DNA from: a virus
Lineage: Duplodnaviria; Caudoviricetes
Direction: 5' to 3' (one strand)
Length of the DNA stretch: 57,668 bases
Virus record (IMG/VR): IMGVR_UViG_3300035703_000107
Span: 1-57,668 of that record
In this document: positions 8,845-17,519 of the stretch, piece after piece
How the letters are laid out: each line of letters begins with the position of its first letter
Numbering within the stretch: position 1 is the first letter of the stretch
Position numbers and translations under genes: made by a program
Notes under the pieces: model-generated
What the model was told of the DNA's origin: nothing
What the model saw: the letters and a program-made list of their open reading frames with translations, nothing else
Databases searched by the model: none

Positions 8845-9066
8845 TTACTTGCCCTTGCCGTAATCTTGTGCAGAGCGATGACCGCATACATAACCGCCAT
8901 CGGCCATCATCATTGGCTTCTTAGCCATACCGCCGTCAGCCATCTTCTTGCCATGCATCTTTGCTTCATGCATTTTGACTTCGGCTTTGGCAACCTTCTT
9001 CATCATAGGTTTGTCTTTCTTGGCGTCATTGTGCATACCGCCGTCAGCATATTTTTTCATCATCAT
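8845..9066 (-). CDS. Met/Lys-rich protein with three [YM]ADGG repeats
   Basis: GGAG RBS; YADGG, MADGG, MADGG. Confidence 0.75.
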   Translation of the reverse strand: MMMKKYADGGMHNDAKKDKPMMKKVAKAEVKMHEAKMHGKKMADGGMAKKPMMMADGGYVCGHRSAQDYGKGK

Positions 9067-9081
9067 TACTAATACTCCTGG

Positions 9082-11181
9082 TTAAATTGCGTTGTTTGCA
9101 AGCAACACTTGTCTAAGTTCTGAGCTGTAAGAACCAACCTCACCACCGTCAGCCATCGATACGGGTTGAACCGTATTGGCTACCTGCCCGCCCATCGGAT
9201 CTCCGTTAGGTAGAGCTGGGGTAGGAGCTGGGGGTTGCTGCGCTTGAGACTGGGCAATAAGCTCCTGCACCATCTGCTGGGCCATTGCTTGAGCCTTCTG
9301 CTCGGTAGCAGCCTGTTCAATCGTTTCCTGGTTGGGCACGATCTTCTCGGTATCCATCTGCAGACCTCGAGCAAGCTCACGAAGGAGGTATGCCCTGCCT
9401 TCTGGTCCAACAATCTGGGAGTCGATCGGATTAGCCGTAGCGATGAGGAACTCATTGCGGCGCATCTGGAGAGTCTCTTTGTGGATGAGACCGATAGCGC
9501 CCTTCGCTACAACCTTGAAATCACCTTTGATGTACGGATCTTCATCGAACATCATATTGTGCAGATATAGTCGTTGCACAATACCAGATACTATTTTATC
9601 AATGTTTGCTACTGCTTGCTTGATACCTTTTGATGCATTATCCATAAGCATCGATAAACCACTAGCAGTGCGTCCAGCGCCACTTACTGCACTAGAACCG
9701 TACACATAGTTGGGGATACCAGTGATCTCATCTGCCTGCTTTGCGAACTGCTGATACACGTTCATGAGAACGTCAGCGTTCATAGAAGGCTGGAAGAAGT
9801 TAACAGCTCGCTGTCCACCACCTGTGCGGTCTGAAGTGGTTTGCCAGATCTTCCAAGGATAGATCTCGGTTAGATCCTCCCCGTCAGGTAGGCGATCGAT
9901 CACGACCTCAACCTGAGGGCCAGATGCCACAGCCATATTGTTGGCCAGGCTACGAGCTGCAGCGTTGCAAAGGGTTTGGGCATCGCGCATGACCTCAGGC
10001 AGTGCCACACCCCAGAAGCTATGGGGTACTTCTTCCCAGCTTGCGATGTTGTAGGGGCGCTGACCTAGGGGGTCAGGATTGAGGATGCACTTGAATACAA
10101 TGCCTGCCGTCATCCAAAGGTTGACTTCGTACTCTTGGTCTTCCTGGATGGTCTTGTCTTTGATGCCCCACTCCTTGAGCCAGGCACCATTGACGGATGC
10201 CCAGATCTCGATTGCCTCAATGAGGCCTTCGGTAATGGGAGCACGGAAGGGTTTACCCTCGAGTACTCGACGCTCGTTGTCGCCCTGCTGGAAGCTCGTA
10301 TAGCCGTCCTTGCCGAAGCGATCGATGATCGTCTGTACCTTGTCATCATCCACACCAGGAACGCCCTGCATAGCCGCCATAGCGGAGCGGGTGAACTTGT
10401 GTCGATGGCATAGATAGTTATCGTTTACGCTAATACTGCTGGGCGCGGGATAGATGTCATAGGGGCTGACCCGCTCGATCTCACGCACATACTCGGTGGT
10501 GACGATCGGGGTGAAGTCTGGGCCCCACTGCAGACCCTTGCGCTTCTTGACGACTGGGCCTTTGATGATGGCGGTCGGGAAGGTTACGAAGTCGGTGATG
10601 AAGTTCTTGAGCTCGTCATAGAACTTGCCTTCGTTCAACTGATCTTGAATCTTGTCGCCCATGCGTCGGGCTGCGTCTTTAGCCTCGTCCTTGAGACGGT
10701 GCATGATCGTGTCGTGAACCTCTTCCATGCGGGCGCGGAAGGATTCTGGGTGGAGCTGTTCGCCCTGAGCGATGAACTCCATAGCTTCCTGTTTAACCAG
10801 GTCAACGATGGCACTCTTCATCTCCACGGGGAGCATTGGCTCCTTGGATGGGGAAAGTTCAAACACCCGCTCTTGTTGATTGAGCATGACATCACGGATC
10901 CATGACTCAGCTGCACGGCACTTCACGTCCGTGAGCATCATGTAGATGTCAGAGCCACCAGCTCTGTTGATCTCCATCTGCTTGTCAGGATCGTACTCAC
11001 CGCGGCGTTGACGCTCGCACTTGAGCAGACGCTCCGTGATCTGGGTCTTGGCAGTACGCGCCTGGTCCCAGCACTTGGATGCGTAAGCCTCGAGGTTGGT
11101 TTCCAGCAACATGTTTTCTTGCATGTCGCCTTCCATCTTGATGTCTACCTCGACAGGGGGTTTGTTATTTAGATAACTCAT
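9082..11181 (-). CDS. Portal protein
   Basis: 699 aa after terL; FWGVALPE, DEITGIP.Y..G, RTASGLSMLM motifs; Gln/Pro-rich tail. Confidence 0.88.
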   Translation of the reverse strand: MSYLNNKPPVEVDIKMEGDMQENMLLETNLEAYASKCWDQARTAKTQITERLLKCERQRRGEYDPDKQMEINRAGGSDIYMMLTDVKCRAAESWIRDVMLNQQERVFELSPSKEPMLPVEMKSAIVDLVKQEAMEFIAQGEQLHPESFRARMEEVHDTIMHRLKDEAKDAARRMGDKIQDQLNEGKFYDELKNFITDFVTFPTAIIKGPVVKKRKGLQWGPDFTPIVTTEYVREIERVSPYDIYPAPSSISVNDNYLCHRHKFTRSAMAAMQGVPGVDDDKVQTIIDRFGKDGYTSFQQGDNERRVLEGKPFRAPITEGLIEAIEIWASVNGAWLKEWGIKDKTIQEDQEYEVNLWMTAGIVFKCILNPDPLGQRPYNIASWEEVPHSFWGVALPEVMRDAQTLCNAAARSLANNMAVASGPQVEVVIDRLPDGEDLTEIYPWKIWQTTSDRTGGGQRAVNFFQPSMNADVLMNVYQQFAKQADEITGIPNYVYGSSAVSGAGRTASGLSMLMDNASKGIKQAVANIDKIVSGIVQRLYLHNMMFDEDPYIKGDFKVVAKGAIGLIHKETLQMRRNEFLIATANPIDSQIVGPEGRAYLLRELARGLQMDTEKIVPNQETIEQAATEQKAQAMAQQMVQELIAQSQAQQPPAPTPALPNGDPMGGQVANTVQPVSMADGGEVGSYSSELRQVLLANNAI

Positions 11182-12605
11182 GTCCAGCCTTTTGCGGATT
11201 TCTTAACGGTAGGTCTCGCCCTTTGAGGAGTGAGACCGCTTCTTACCCGCAAGCACGCATACTGCAACGCATCTTGAATGTGCGATGTCATGTCTTTGAC
11301 GGGTCTGTCTTTGTATCGAGCTGGGCCTGATGTCTTCAGGCGCTCGTATTTGTAGCGTCCCAGGAATCCTTTCCTGAGGAATGTGCAGCGTGGGTTCAGC
11401 GCAAACGCAGGTTGACCATCAGCCATCTTCGTAAGGAAGAAAGCCACTGCTTCACGTCTTGGAATAAAGTCGTTTGTGGGCGCTGGCTCAGTAGCAATGC
11501 CCGCCTCGAGCAGTTCCTGCAAACAAGTGCGTTCGTCAGTTTGTGCTCGGATGTTTCCTGCGGGGTCGCCTGCTGAGTACCAGGTGAAGCCTCCGTACTT
11601 GGTGACCAAGTGCGGTTTGACGACATCGTTGGCGAACTGTCGGATACCCATATCTTGCGATACGAGTTCATCCAGGATGATAACTTTTCCTCTTGCTGAT
11701 ACCTGCATAATGACGCACGCAGGAGTAAGTCCAAAGTCCCATCCAAGAACAAGCGGGAGACCGCGCTCTGCCTCAACGTTTTTATCGAGGGTATGGATCT
11801 TGTCATTGAACTCGGGATAGACAGGTTTGCCATCGCGAGTGCTTCCATAGTTTCCCAATAGGAATACATTGATCCAGTCGTCGTCTTTGCTGGGTAGCTG
11901 TCTGAGGTAGTAGTTGTGTCCATCGGGTAGGTTCAGAATGTTTTCGGCATCGGGGTTTGGTTTGTAGACCTCACCCTCTTTGTAGAGCCCACCAGGTTGA
12001 CGGAAGAACTGCCAGTCTGCTGGCCTGTCTTCCTCAGCCATCTTGTAGTACCAGTGATCGTCATCGCATGGGTTGGTATCGCAGATGATCCCTGTCCAGC
12101 TCGGACCCCCTAGCAGCTTGGACGGAAAACGTCCCACACGCTGGGTGACCATATCGAAGATCTCTTTCGGGATCTCAGATGCTTCGTTGATCCAGGCGCC
12201 AGTCAATTCCAAAGAACGTAACTTGCCTGTCTCAGTCGGGCGATCGAGCGCCATGAACAACACCTCGAGTTCCATTCCAGTGCCGTCCCCGATGTTGTTG
12301 ATCTTCATCGTGGAGGTAATCGGCGTATCCCATTTGATGGGAGCGACATTGGAAGGGAACCAGGTTTCCCAAGTTTTGATCGTGGTCGATTTCAACTCAG
12401 GGTAAGTATTACGGATGATCAGCCAGCGCGATCGACGGATCCCGTCGGGTGAGGCTCTTTGGCGAATCGCTCTGGCCACAATCTCGACGCAACAGCTTGA
12501 GCTTTTTCCCGAGCCGACAGGCCCCATAAGCCCACGCACAAATGCATCTGATTGATGGAACGCTGCAGCGTTCGGACCTGGTGGTTGGTATTTAATGACA
12601 TCCAC
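11178..12605 (-). CDS. terL: Terminase large subunit
   Basis: Walker A GPVGSGKS, RNTYPEL, Walker B WINEASE, DTNP, nuclease GWDFG...DE...DPAG...SHIQDALQY. Confidence 0.95.
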   Translation of the reverse strand: MDVIKYQPPGPNAAAFHQSDAFVRGLMGPVGSGKSSSCCVEIVARAIRQRASPDGIRRSRWLIIRNTYPELKSTTIKTWETWFPSNVAPIKWDTPITSTMKINNIGDGTGMELEVLFMALDRPTETGKLRSLELTGAWINEASEIPKEIFDMVTQRVGRFPSKLLGGPSWTGIICDTNPCDDDHWYYKMAEEDRPADWQFFRQPGGLYKEGEVYKPNPDAENILNLPDGHNYYLRQLPSKDDDWINVFLLGNYGSTRDGKPVYPEFNDKIHTLDKNVEAERGLPLVLGWDFGLTPACVIMQVSARGKVIILDELVSQDMGIRQFANDVVKPHLVTKYGGFTWYSAGDPAGNIRAQTDERTCLQELLEAGIATEPAPTNDFIPRREAVAFFLTKMADGQPAFALNPRCTFLRKGFLGRYKYERLKTSGPARYKDRPVKDMTSHIQDALQYACLRVRSGLTPQRARPTVKKSAKGWT

Positions 12606-12608
12606 AAA

Positions 12609-12806
12609 TTAGTTTCTCGTATGGTTATTCAAGTTGCGTTCAATGCACGCCGCGGCGAAAGTACTGAATCCAGACTTCGAAGCAGTCTCGGAGACTTGCT
12701 TGACCTTCCTCTCGCAATCCCTCTGTGTGTAGTAGGTGTCGTCAGCGGACACCATTACGCATTCACTGTTGACGCAGAGGACGAGCACGGCGATGAAGAT
12801 CTTCAT
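12609..12806 (-). CDS. Hypothetical protein (hydrophobic N-terminus, four Cys)
   Basis: Start overlaps the terS stop. Confidence 0.6.
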   Translation of the reverse strand: MKIFIAVLVLCVNSECVMVSADDTYYTQRDCERKVKQVSETASKSGFSTFAAACIERNLNNHTRN

Positions 12807-13042
12807 TTCTTGCCGCCCAGGTCCAGCTGGAACGTGACGGGTTGTGCGTCGACTTCCATACGAACATCGGACAAATCGGGTAGGGTTTTACGCAGTAGAA
12901 CTTCAATAGCCCTTACTTGAGTAGCGCTAAGTTCTACTTTACCGTTAGCGTGGTCTGTGAGACGATTAATCAACTGGGCTGCTTGAATCTTCATCCGAGT
13001 GTTTTCGTCGTGTTTAATTGCTCGCTTGCGTGCTGCCATTAG
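12803..13042 (-). CDS. terS: Probable terminase small subunit
   Basis: KIQAAQLINRL...QVRAIEVLLRKTLPDLS; upstream of terL; probable start MAARKR. Confidence 0.65.
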   Translation of the reverse strand, partial: LMAARKRAIKHDENTRMKIQAAQLINRLTDHANGKVELSATQVRAIEVLLRKTLPDLSDVRMEVDAQPVTFQLDLGGKK

Positions 13043-13286
13043 TCTCTGCCTTATCAAATGCAATCAAGATCGACTTCGCTAAACGCATACAGTCGTCTGC
13101 GGTCTTGAAGTCGTTCAAATTAATCTCTGCCTCAAACATGTGAGGCTCTCCATGAAGGTTCACCAACCCCGTAAGAACCACTAGCTGAGGTGCAAGGTAC
13201 TTGGACATACCCTCGGGATACTCGACTGAGATCCCCTGCAACACCTCGAACTGCCTGAGGAACTTCTCTAGTTCTTGTTTACGCAT
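13014..13286 (-). CDS. Hypothetical protein
   Basis: AAGGA RBS; 90 aa. Confidence 0.65.
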   Translation of the reverse strand: MRKQELEKFLRQFEVLQGISVEYPEGMSKYLAPQLVVLTGLVNLHGEPHMFEAEINLNDFKTADDCMRLAKSILIAFDKAETNGSTQASN

Positions 13287-13335
13287 ACATCCTTCTTCTC
13301 TATTAATAAATTATTAGCAGGGTATAGACACCGAG

Positions 13336-14094
13336 ATGCCACCAAAGAACAATCGAGCGAAAGTACCCTCGAAGGGATCACAGAAGATGACCCGTGTAAG
13401 GTGGAGTCCAGAGGAGCAGACGCTCTTGATCAATCAAGCCGCGACCCTGCTCAACGATCGTCAGGCCTTCTCCCTCAGAGAAGCCTTCAACAAATCTCAG
13501 GAGGCGTTACCCGTCGGGCGCCAGCGACAGATCGCTGCTCTCACCCAGATCCCTTGGTTCGCAGATGCGGTACCCAAGCGGGTCAAGGAGATCGAACACC
13601 AGAAGGAGTACAGCCTCGATAATCAGATCGAAGCCGCGGTTGCCAAGGCGAAAGCCGAAGCATGTGAGGAGTTCAAACAGCAGCTCATACGTCAGGGCGG
13701 TCAGATGCTAGCCGAGCTCATCAAGGTCGCCCTCGAGGACGCTACCCTTAGGTCGATCGTCATGTCGGTAGGACTTCAGGGTAAACCTGATCTGTCTCGG
13801 ATCCCCGTTAACAAGACCAAGATGAAGCGGGTAATCGTGGCTGGAAGCCTCAACTCCCAGTCCAACTCGATCGAGAAGGAGTTCGGTGAGAAGCTCGACC
13901 TCAGGTTCTGGACCAAGGATCAGTCCAACGACACCTTGCGGTCTATGCTCCAGCACGCTGATGCGGCTGTAGCGATGGTGGGATTCCTGTCCCATCCCCA
14001 GGACAACATCATCAAGTCTTCCAAAGTCATGTACATCCCCGTCTCTGGGGGCGTGACTCAGGTGAAGCTCACCCTTCAGAAGCTGCTCGAGTAG
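13336..14094 (+). CDS. Protein with Myb-like N-terminus and DUF2325-like C-terminal domain
   Basis: RWSPEEQ..L start; C-terminal RVIVAG...HADAAVAMVGFLSH. Confidence 0.6.
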   Translation: MPPKNNRAKVPSKGSQKMTRVRWSPEEQTLLINQAATLLNDRQAFSLREAFNKSQEALPVGRQRQIAALTQIPWFADAVPKRVKEIEHQKEYSLDNQIEAAVAKAKAEACEEFKQQLIRQGGQMLAELIKVALEDATLRSIVMSVGLQGKPDLSRIPVNKTKMKRVIVAGSLNSQSNSIEKEFGEKLDLRFWTKDQSNDTLRSMLQHADAAVAMVGFLSHPQDNIIKSSKVMYIPVSGGVTQVKLTLQKLLE

Positions 14095-14170
14095 TGGTTG
14101 CGGGAACAGGACTCGAACCTGTGGCCTGTGGATTATGAGTCCACCGCTCTTCCAACTGAGCTATCCCGCG
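14095..14170 (-). tRNA. tRNA-Met(CAU), initiator-like, CCA encoded
   Basis: CGCGGGA TA GCTC AGTTGGAA GAGC G GTGGA CTCATAA TCCAC AGGCC ACAGG TTCGAGT CCTGT TCCCGCA A CCA; 76-nt cloverleaf with C1xA72 mismatch. Confidence 0.93.
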
Positions 14171-14309
14171 CTAGTTTGTATACTTTGAGAAACATTTCGC
14201 CCAGCGCTTGTCTACTTTATGAATCATAAATGTGACATTAAGCGGGTTAATGACACGTTTATGTTACAAAAATTTTTAGGGATTCAGCCTTAGCCCCCTA
14301 GGGCGAATC

Positions 14310-14507
14310 TCAGTTGGTCCCTACGGGGGTACTCCCCGCCTCTTCTCCCAAGACCCAGTGCGGCGATTCCATCACTGTCACGGAATCAACCGTATATTTT
14401 TGCGGAGCCGCACCACGCTCGTTCTGTTGCTCTAGCGAAATGATGCGAGCTTCTAGCTTAACGATGCGTAGCAGTAGGTCAGCGTAAGTTAAGGGGGAGG
14501 AAGTCAT
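14310..14507 (-). CDS. Possible small coiled-coil protein
   Basis: MTSSPLTYADLLLRIVKLEARIISLEQQ; weak RBS. Confidence 0.35.
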   Translation of the reverse strand: MTSSPLTYADLLLRIVKLEARIISLEQQNERGAAPQKYTVDSVTVMESPHWVLGEEAGSTPVGTN

Positions 14508-14828
14508 AAAAAAGGGTCTCGTGTGTGAGGTGGTAATACAGTGGTTCCAGAACCCCGCACCGATGCACTTCGTGGTCCCGTGCCACCAGGGTTGACAGCT
14601 CTGTTCTGCAGCATCTGAGTCCTGCAACTGATTCAGAATCAGTAGGACTCGTAGTAAATTCAATGACTTAACACCTGAGTGTGCTAATTCTGAGCACATG
14701 ATCTGGTGTTTTCACCTCAGATTGGGTATCGGCTCGTCCCTTTTTTCCTACGGAAAGGGACTGCGCCTGCTTTCTTGCTCATATCTCTTTCATTCATTTA
14801 ACTTTTTACCAACTAACTGGAGTCAACT

Positions 14829-15023
14829 ATGAACGTAATCCTCAAACTCGCTACCGCTCTTCTCTTCGTCAACTACTCAGTGTTCTTTGCTATCTGCTTC
14901 TTAGCTGCCTTCGATGGTGTTACCTACGACGAAGCTAGCTGGACGTTAGTCACCATTGGTGTTCTCAGCATCCTCTGTTTGATCCCGTTTGAGATCCGTA
15001 ATCGTCAGTCTCAGCGTTCTTAG
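14829..15023 (+). CDS. Early membrane protein (two TM helices)
   Basis: GGAG RBS; two hydrophobic stretches. Confidence 0.75.
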   Translation: MNVILKLATALLFVNYSVFFAICFLAAFDGVTYDEASWTLVTIGVLSILCLIPFEIRNRQSQRS

Positions 15024-15109
15024 TCCGTGTCCTGCCCCTTAACCTTCTTCGAAGGGGGCAGTCCACTCTTCATTCTTTCAACTGTTGTCTATTCATTAGG
15101 AGATTTACT

Positions 15110-15445
15110 ATGTCCACTATCACTGCTAAACCTGCTTCACCTGCCCAACTCAAGCGTTTGGAATACGCTGTCCAATACGGCTTGCTTCCAGAGGGCTTTA
15201 CGATGCCTACAGATTCTTACGCTGCTTCGGGCATCATCGCTAACCTCCCCGCTTCCAAGCGTGACAAGCAAGCCTTGATCGACGCTGGTGGCTTGGTCAA
15301 GCCGAAGATGACTTCCCGTGAAGTCGAGCGTGCTCAGATCGTCATCACTGCTGTGAATGCGATCGATGCAGCTGGTGTCAAGAACGCTAAGGTTCTCGAG
15401 GCTATCCAGAACCTACGCAAAGAGTTCTTCCGTAAGCAAGCGTAG
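15110..15445 (+). CDS. Early hypothetical protein
   Basis: AGGAG RBS; two PAS-starting repeats (PASPAQL / PASKRDK). Confidence 0.8.
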   Translation: MSTITAKPASPAQLKRLEYAVQYGLLPEGFTMPTDSYAASGIIANLPASKRDKQALIDAGGLVKPKMTSREVERAQIVITAVNAIDAAGVKNAKVLEAIQNLRKEFFRKQA

Positions 15446-15450
15446 TAGTT

Positions 15451-15493
15451 AACCAGGGGTGGGAAGGCTAGTTCGGCTTTCCTGCCTCTGGTT
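15451..15493 (+). promoter_or_regulatory. Long intergenic hairpin (terminator or processing site)
   Basis: AACCAGGGG-T-GGGAAGGC pairs with GCTTTCCT-G-CCTCTGGTT. Confidence 0.55.
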
Positions 15494-15556
15494 TACCACC
15501 AACTTCGGCTCAGGGTTAACAGCTCTACCGCATATTTCCGTGCAAAGGATATCAGT

Positions 15557-15790
15557 ATGACTAATCAAGAGATTGCCAAGATGATCCGCGGTCGCTTCTT
15601 CGGTGACAGGGGCACAGATCTAGAAGCTGCTTTGCAGTACGCCCTTGATCTTATCTCCCACCTGGAGCCCGAAGGTGTTGTTAAGGGGTTGACTGGCATG
15701 TACGTGGTGCTCAACACGATTGCCAACATCCTTGAAGCAGATCCCCGCGATGAGGCGAGCGGGAAAGTTACAGGAGCGAAGCCTCAATAG
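15557..15790 (+). CDS. Early hypothetical protein
   Basis: AAGGA RBS; 77 aa. Confidence 0.7.
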   Translation: MTNQEIAKMIRGRFFGDRGTDLEAALQYALDLISHLEPEGVVKGLTGMYVVLNTIANILEADPRDEASGKVTGAKPQ

Positions 15791-16100
15791 CGGGTTGCTC
15801 TCCCCGCATCCACAAGCGAGCGAATGGACGGTTACCAGCAGTCGAAGCGAGATCCTCACGTGTGAGGTCGAGCGGAGCGGAGTGGTAACTGGTAGTGAGT
15901 CGAGCGTCCTGCTCACTCTATATCCCTGCGTCAGGGAACCGACTGAGATGTGGAAAGCGGATGGCTTTTAGCCAGCAGCGAAACATCTCAGAAGGTGCAG
16001 TGTTCCAAATCGGGGAACGACCAGCGGGTCAGTTCGCTGGGTGAAGCAAATCCTCACGAGTGAGGTGAAGCGGAACCCAGTAGCGAACTGAATGGCTGGT
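15734..16100 (+). other. Structured element with three GAAGC-hairpin-GCGG modules
   Basis: Copies at 15734-15762, 15844-15875 and 16043-16073; copies 2 and 3 sit inside longer stems. Confidence 0.65.
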
Positions 16101-16143
16101 GGTGACCTATCAATGTAAGTAGCAACTAACCAAAGGAGGATGT

Positions 16144-16320
16144 ATGTCTACTAAGTTAATCATTGAAGTAACGGATTCTAAAGATCCATCAGGTGTTAGC
16201 GATCTCCTGCAGAAGGCTCTTGACTATATCGGTCAGGGTGCAAGAAGCGGGAACATTACATTACCAACTCAGACCATCTATTGGTCTTTAACTACGAAGG
16301 AGAAATCAAATGCTGTCTAA
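16144..16320 (+). CDS. 58-aa early protein (absent from the ORF track)
   Basis: AAGGAGG RBS; MSTKLIIEVTDSKDPSGVSDLLQKALDYIGQGARSG... Confidence 0.7.
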   Translation: MSTKLIIEVTDSKDPSGVSDLLQKALDYIGQGARSGNITLPTQTIYWSLTTKEKSNAV

Positions 16321-16495
16321 CTTCCGCGCCAAGGTTGTCCATCAGGACGATACCTCAGATGTCATTCCGCACTACGTCTATGCAGATCTCGATGGTGAGG
16401 CTGTCATGACTGTTATCTATGCCACGGATCCCCTGGCTGCCATCAAGGCTGCTCAGAATGCTGGCGAATCTGCCAAGTGGGGGGCCGTGCGATGA
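16310..16495 (+). CDS. Early hypothetical protein
   Basis: AAGGAG RBS; coupled to its neighbours. Confidence 0.7.
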   Translation: MLSNFRAKVVHQDDTSDVIPHYVYADLDGEAVMTVIYATDPLAAIKAAQNAGESAKWGAVR

Positions 16496-16713
16496 CTACC
16501 TTTACCTCAGAGGATCTTGCCACTGCCTTAGCTAAGTGGCGCCATGATCTACATGATGAGTTGTGTCAGCTACGTGAGCTGGGTATTCCGATACCAGGCA
16601 GGGCTTTCGCCCTATGTCATTCGGCTGAGCCCAGCGACTACGAAGCTATGAGCATCAGTGATTCTGTAGATCTGATCATCAACCAAGCTAGATTGGAGGC
16701 AGCAAATGACTAG
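16492..16713 (+). CDS. Early hypothetical protein
   Basis: ATGA overlap; starts MTTFTSEDL. Confidence 0.65.
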   Translation: MTTFTSEDLATALAKWRHDLHDELCQLRELGIPIPGRAFALCHSAEPSDYEAMSISDSVDLIINQARLEAAND

Positions 16714-16900
16714 CGCAGAGATTGCAGTAATGCAGTGCCGACTCCAAACCCAGGAGTTTTTGAATCGCCAATTGAATATTGACAACGAGCAGATGCGGCT
16801 TGCTATCAGTGTTCTGTTGGATACCTTGCCTTCCGATGTGAAGGTTAACTATCAGGACGCTATCGAGTTAGCCCAGCGTTCTGTTCACCGCATCATATAA
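16706..16900 (+). CDS. Early hypothetical protein
   Basis: GGAGG RBS. Confidence 0.65.
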   Translation: MTSAEIAVMQCRLQTQEFLNRQLNIDNEQMRLAISVLLDTLPSDVKVNYQDAIELAQRSVHRII

Positions 16901-16911
16901 GGAGAAACCCT

Positions 16912-17175
16912 ATGTCTTCTATAAGACCTGTTGTATCTATCCTCGATCCAAACTTTCGGTATATCCCTGCGTCGCAGACGGATGTATCGAAAACTTTCGA
17001 GCGTATTCGCATGGAGATGGGTATCAGTAACCCTGTTCCTCGCCATGTTCCTGCAATGTTTAGCAGTGTTGCCGATGTATCTGATGAGGATCTCGCTTTC
17101 GCTGCAGCCCAGCTCCGTCAGGACTATGAGGAGTACGGCGACCCTTGGTATCCCCGTAAGAAAGGAGGCATCTAA
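16912..17175 (+). CDS. Early hypothetical protein
   Basis: AAGGAG RBS; SILDPNFRYIPASQTDV.KTF.R motif. Confidence 0.75.
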   Translation: MSSIRPVVSILDPNFRYIPASQTDVSKTFERIRMEMGISNPVPRHVPAMFSSVADVSDEDLAFAAAQLRQDYEEYGDPWYPRKKGGI

Positions 17176-17519
17176 TGCACCAGGATGACAACCCCAAGTT
17201 CCTCGATGATCTTCATGAGCGCATCGATGACAGTCTTGATTCGATCCGCGCAATCAAAGGCGATCGTTTTGCGGACATCGTGTATGTCAGTTTCATGGGT
17301 GCCCATGCCATGAAGATGGTCGGCACTTACATGAGCAAGCAAAAGGGTGAGTCTATGGCACGCGAGATGATCGGGCGACAGCTCGGTCATTCGATCGCGG
17401 CGTTCATGGCAATGATCGCTGAGCTAGCCAAGCTAACCGAAGATGATTGCAAGGAACTCATGAACTGGAGCGATACGCTCTGTGAGCATGTGAACACTGC
17501 ACTCAAGGAGGCCGAATGA
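17175..17519 (+). CDS. Early hypothetical protein
   Basis: GGAGG RBS; TAATG coupling. Confidence 0.7.
   Translation: MHQDDNPKFLDDLHERIDDSLDSIRAIKGDRFADIVYVSFMGAHAMKMVGTYMSKQKGESMAREMIGRQLGHSIAAFMAMIAELAKLTEDDCKELMNWSDTLCEHVNTALKEAE

Noticed and set aside
14310-14400. tRNA-like 3' end (…GGGACCA) on the minus strand
   Set aside because: No TTCRA T-loop and no cloverleaf could be built
15734-16073. CRISPR mini-array or retron msr/msd
   Set aside because: Repeats are degenerate with long irregular spacing; no cas1/cas2 or reverse transcriptase in the genome
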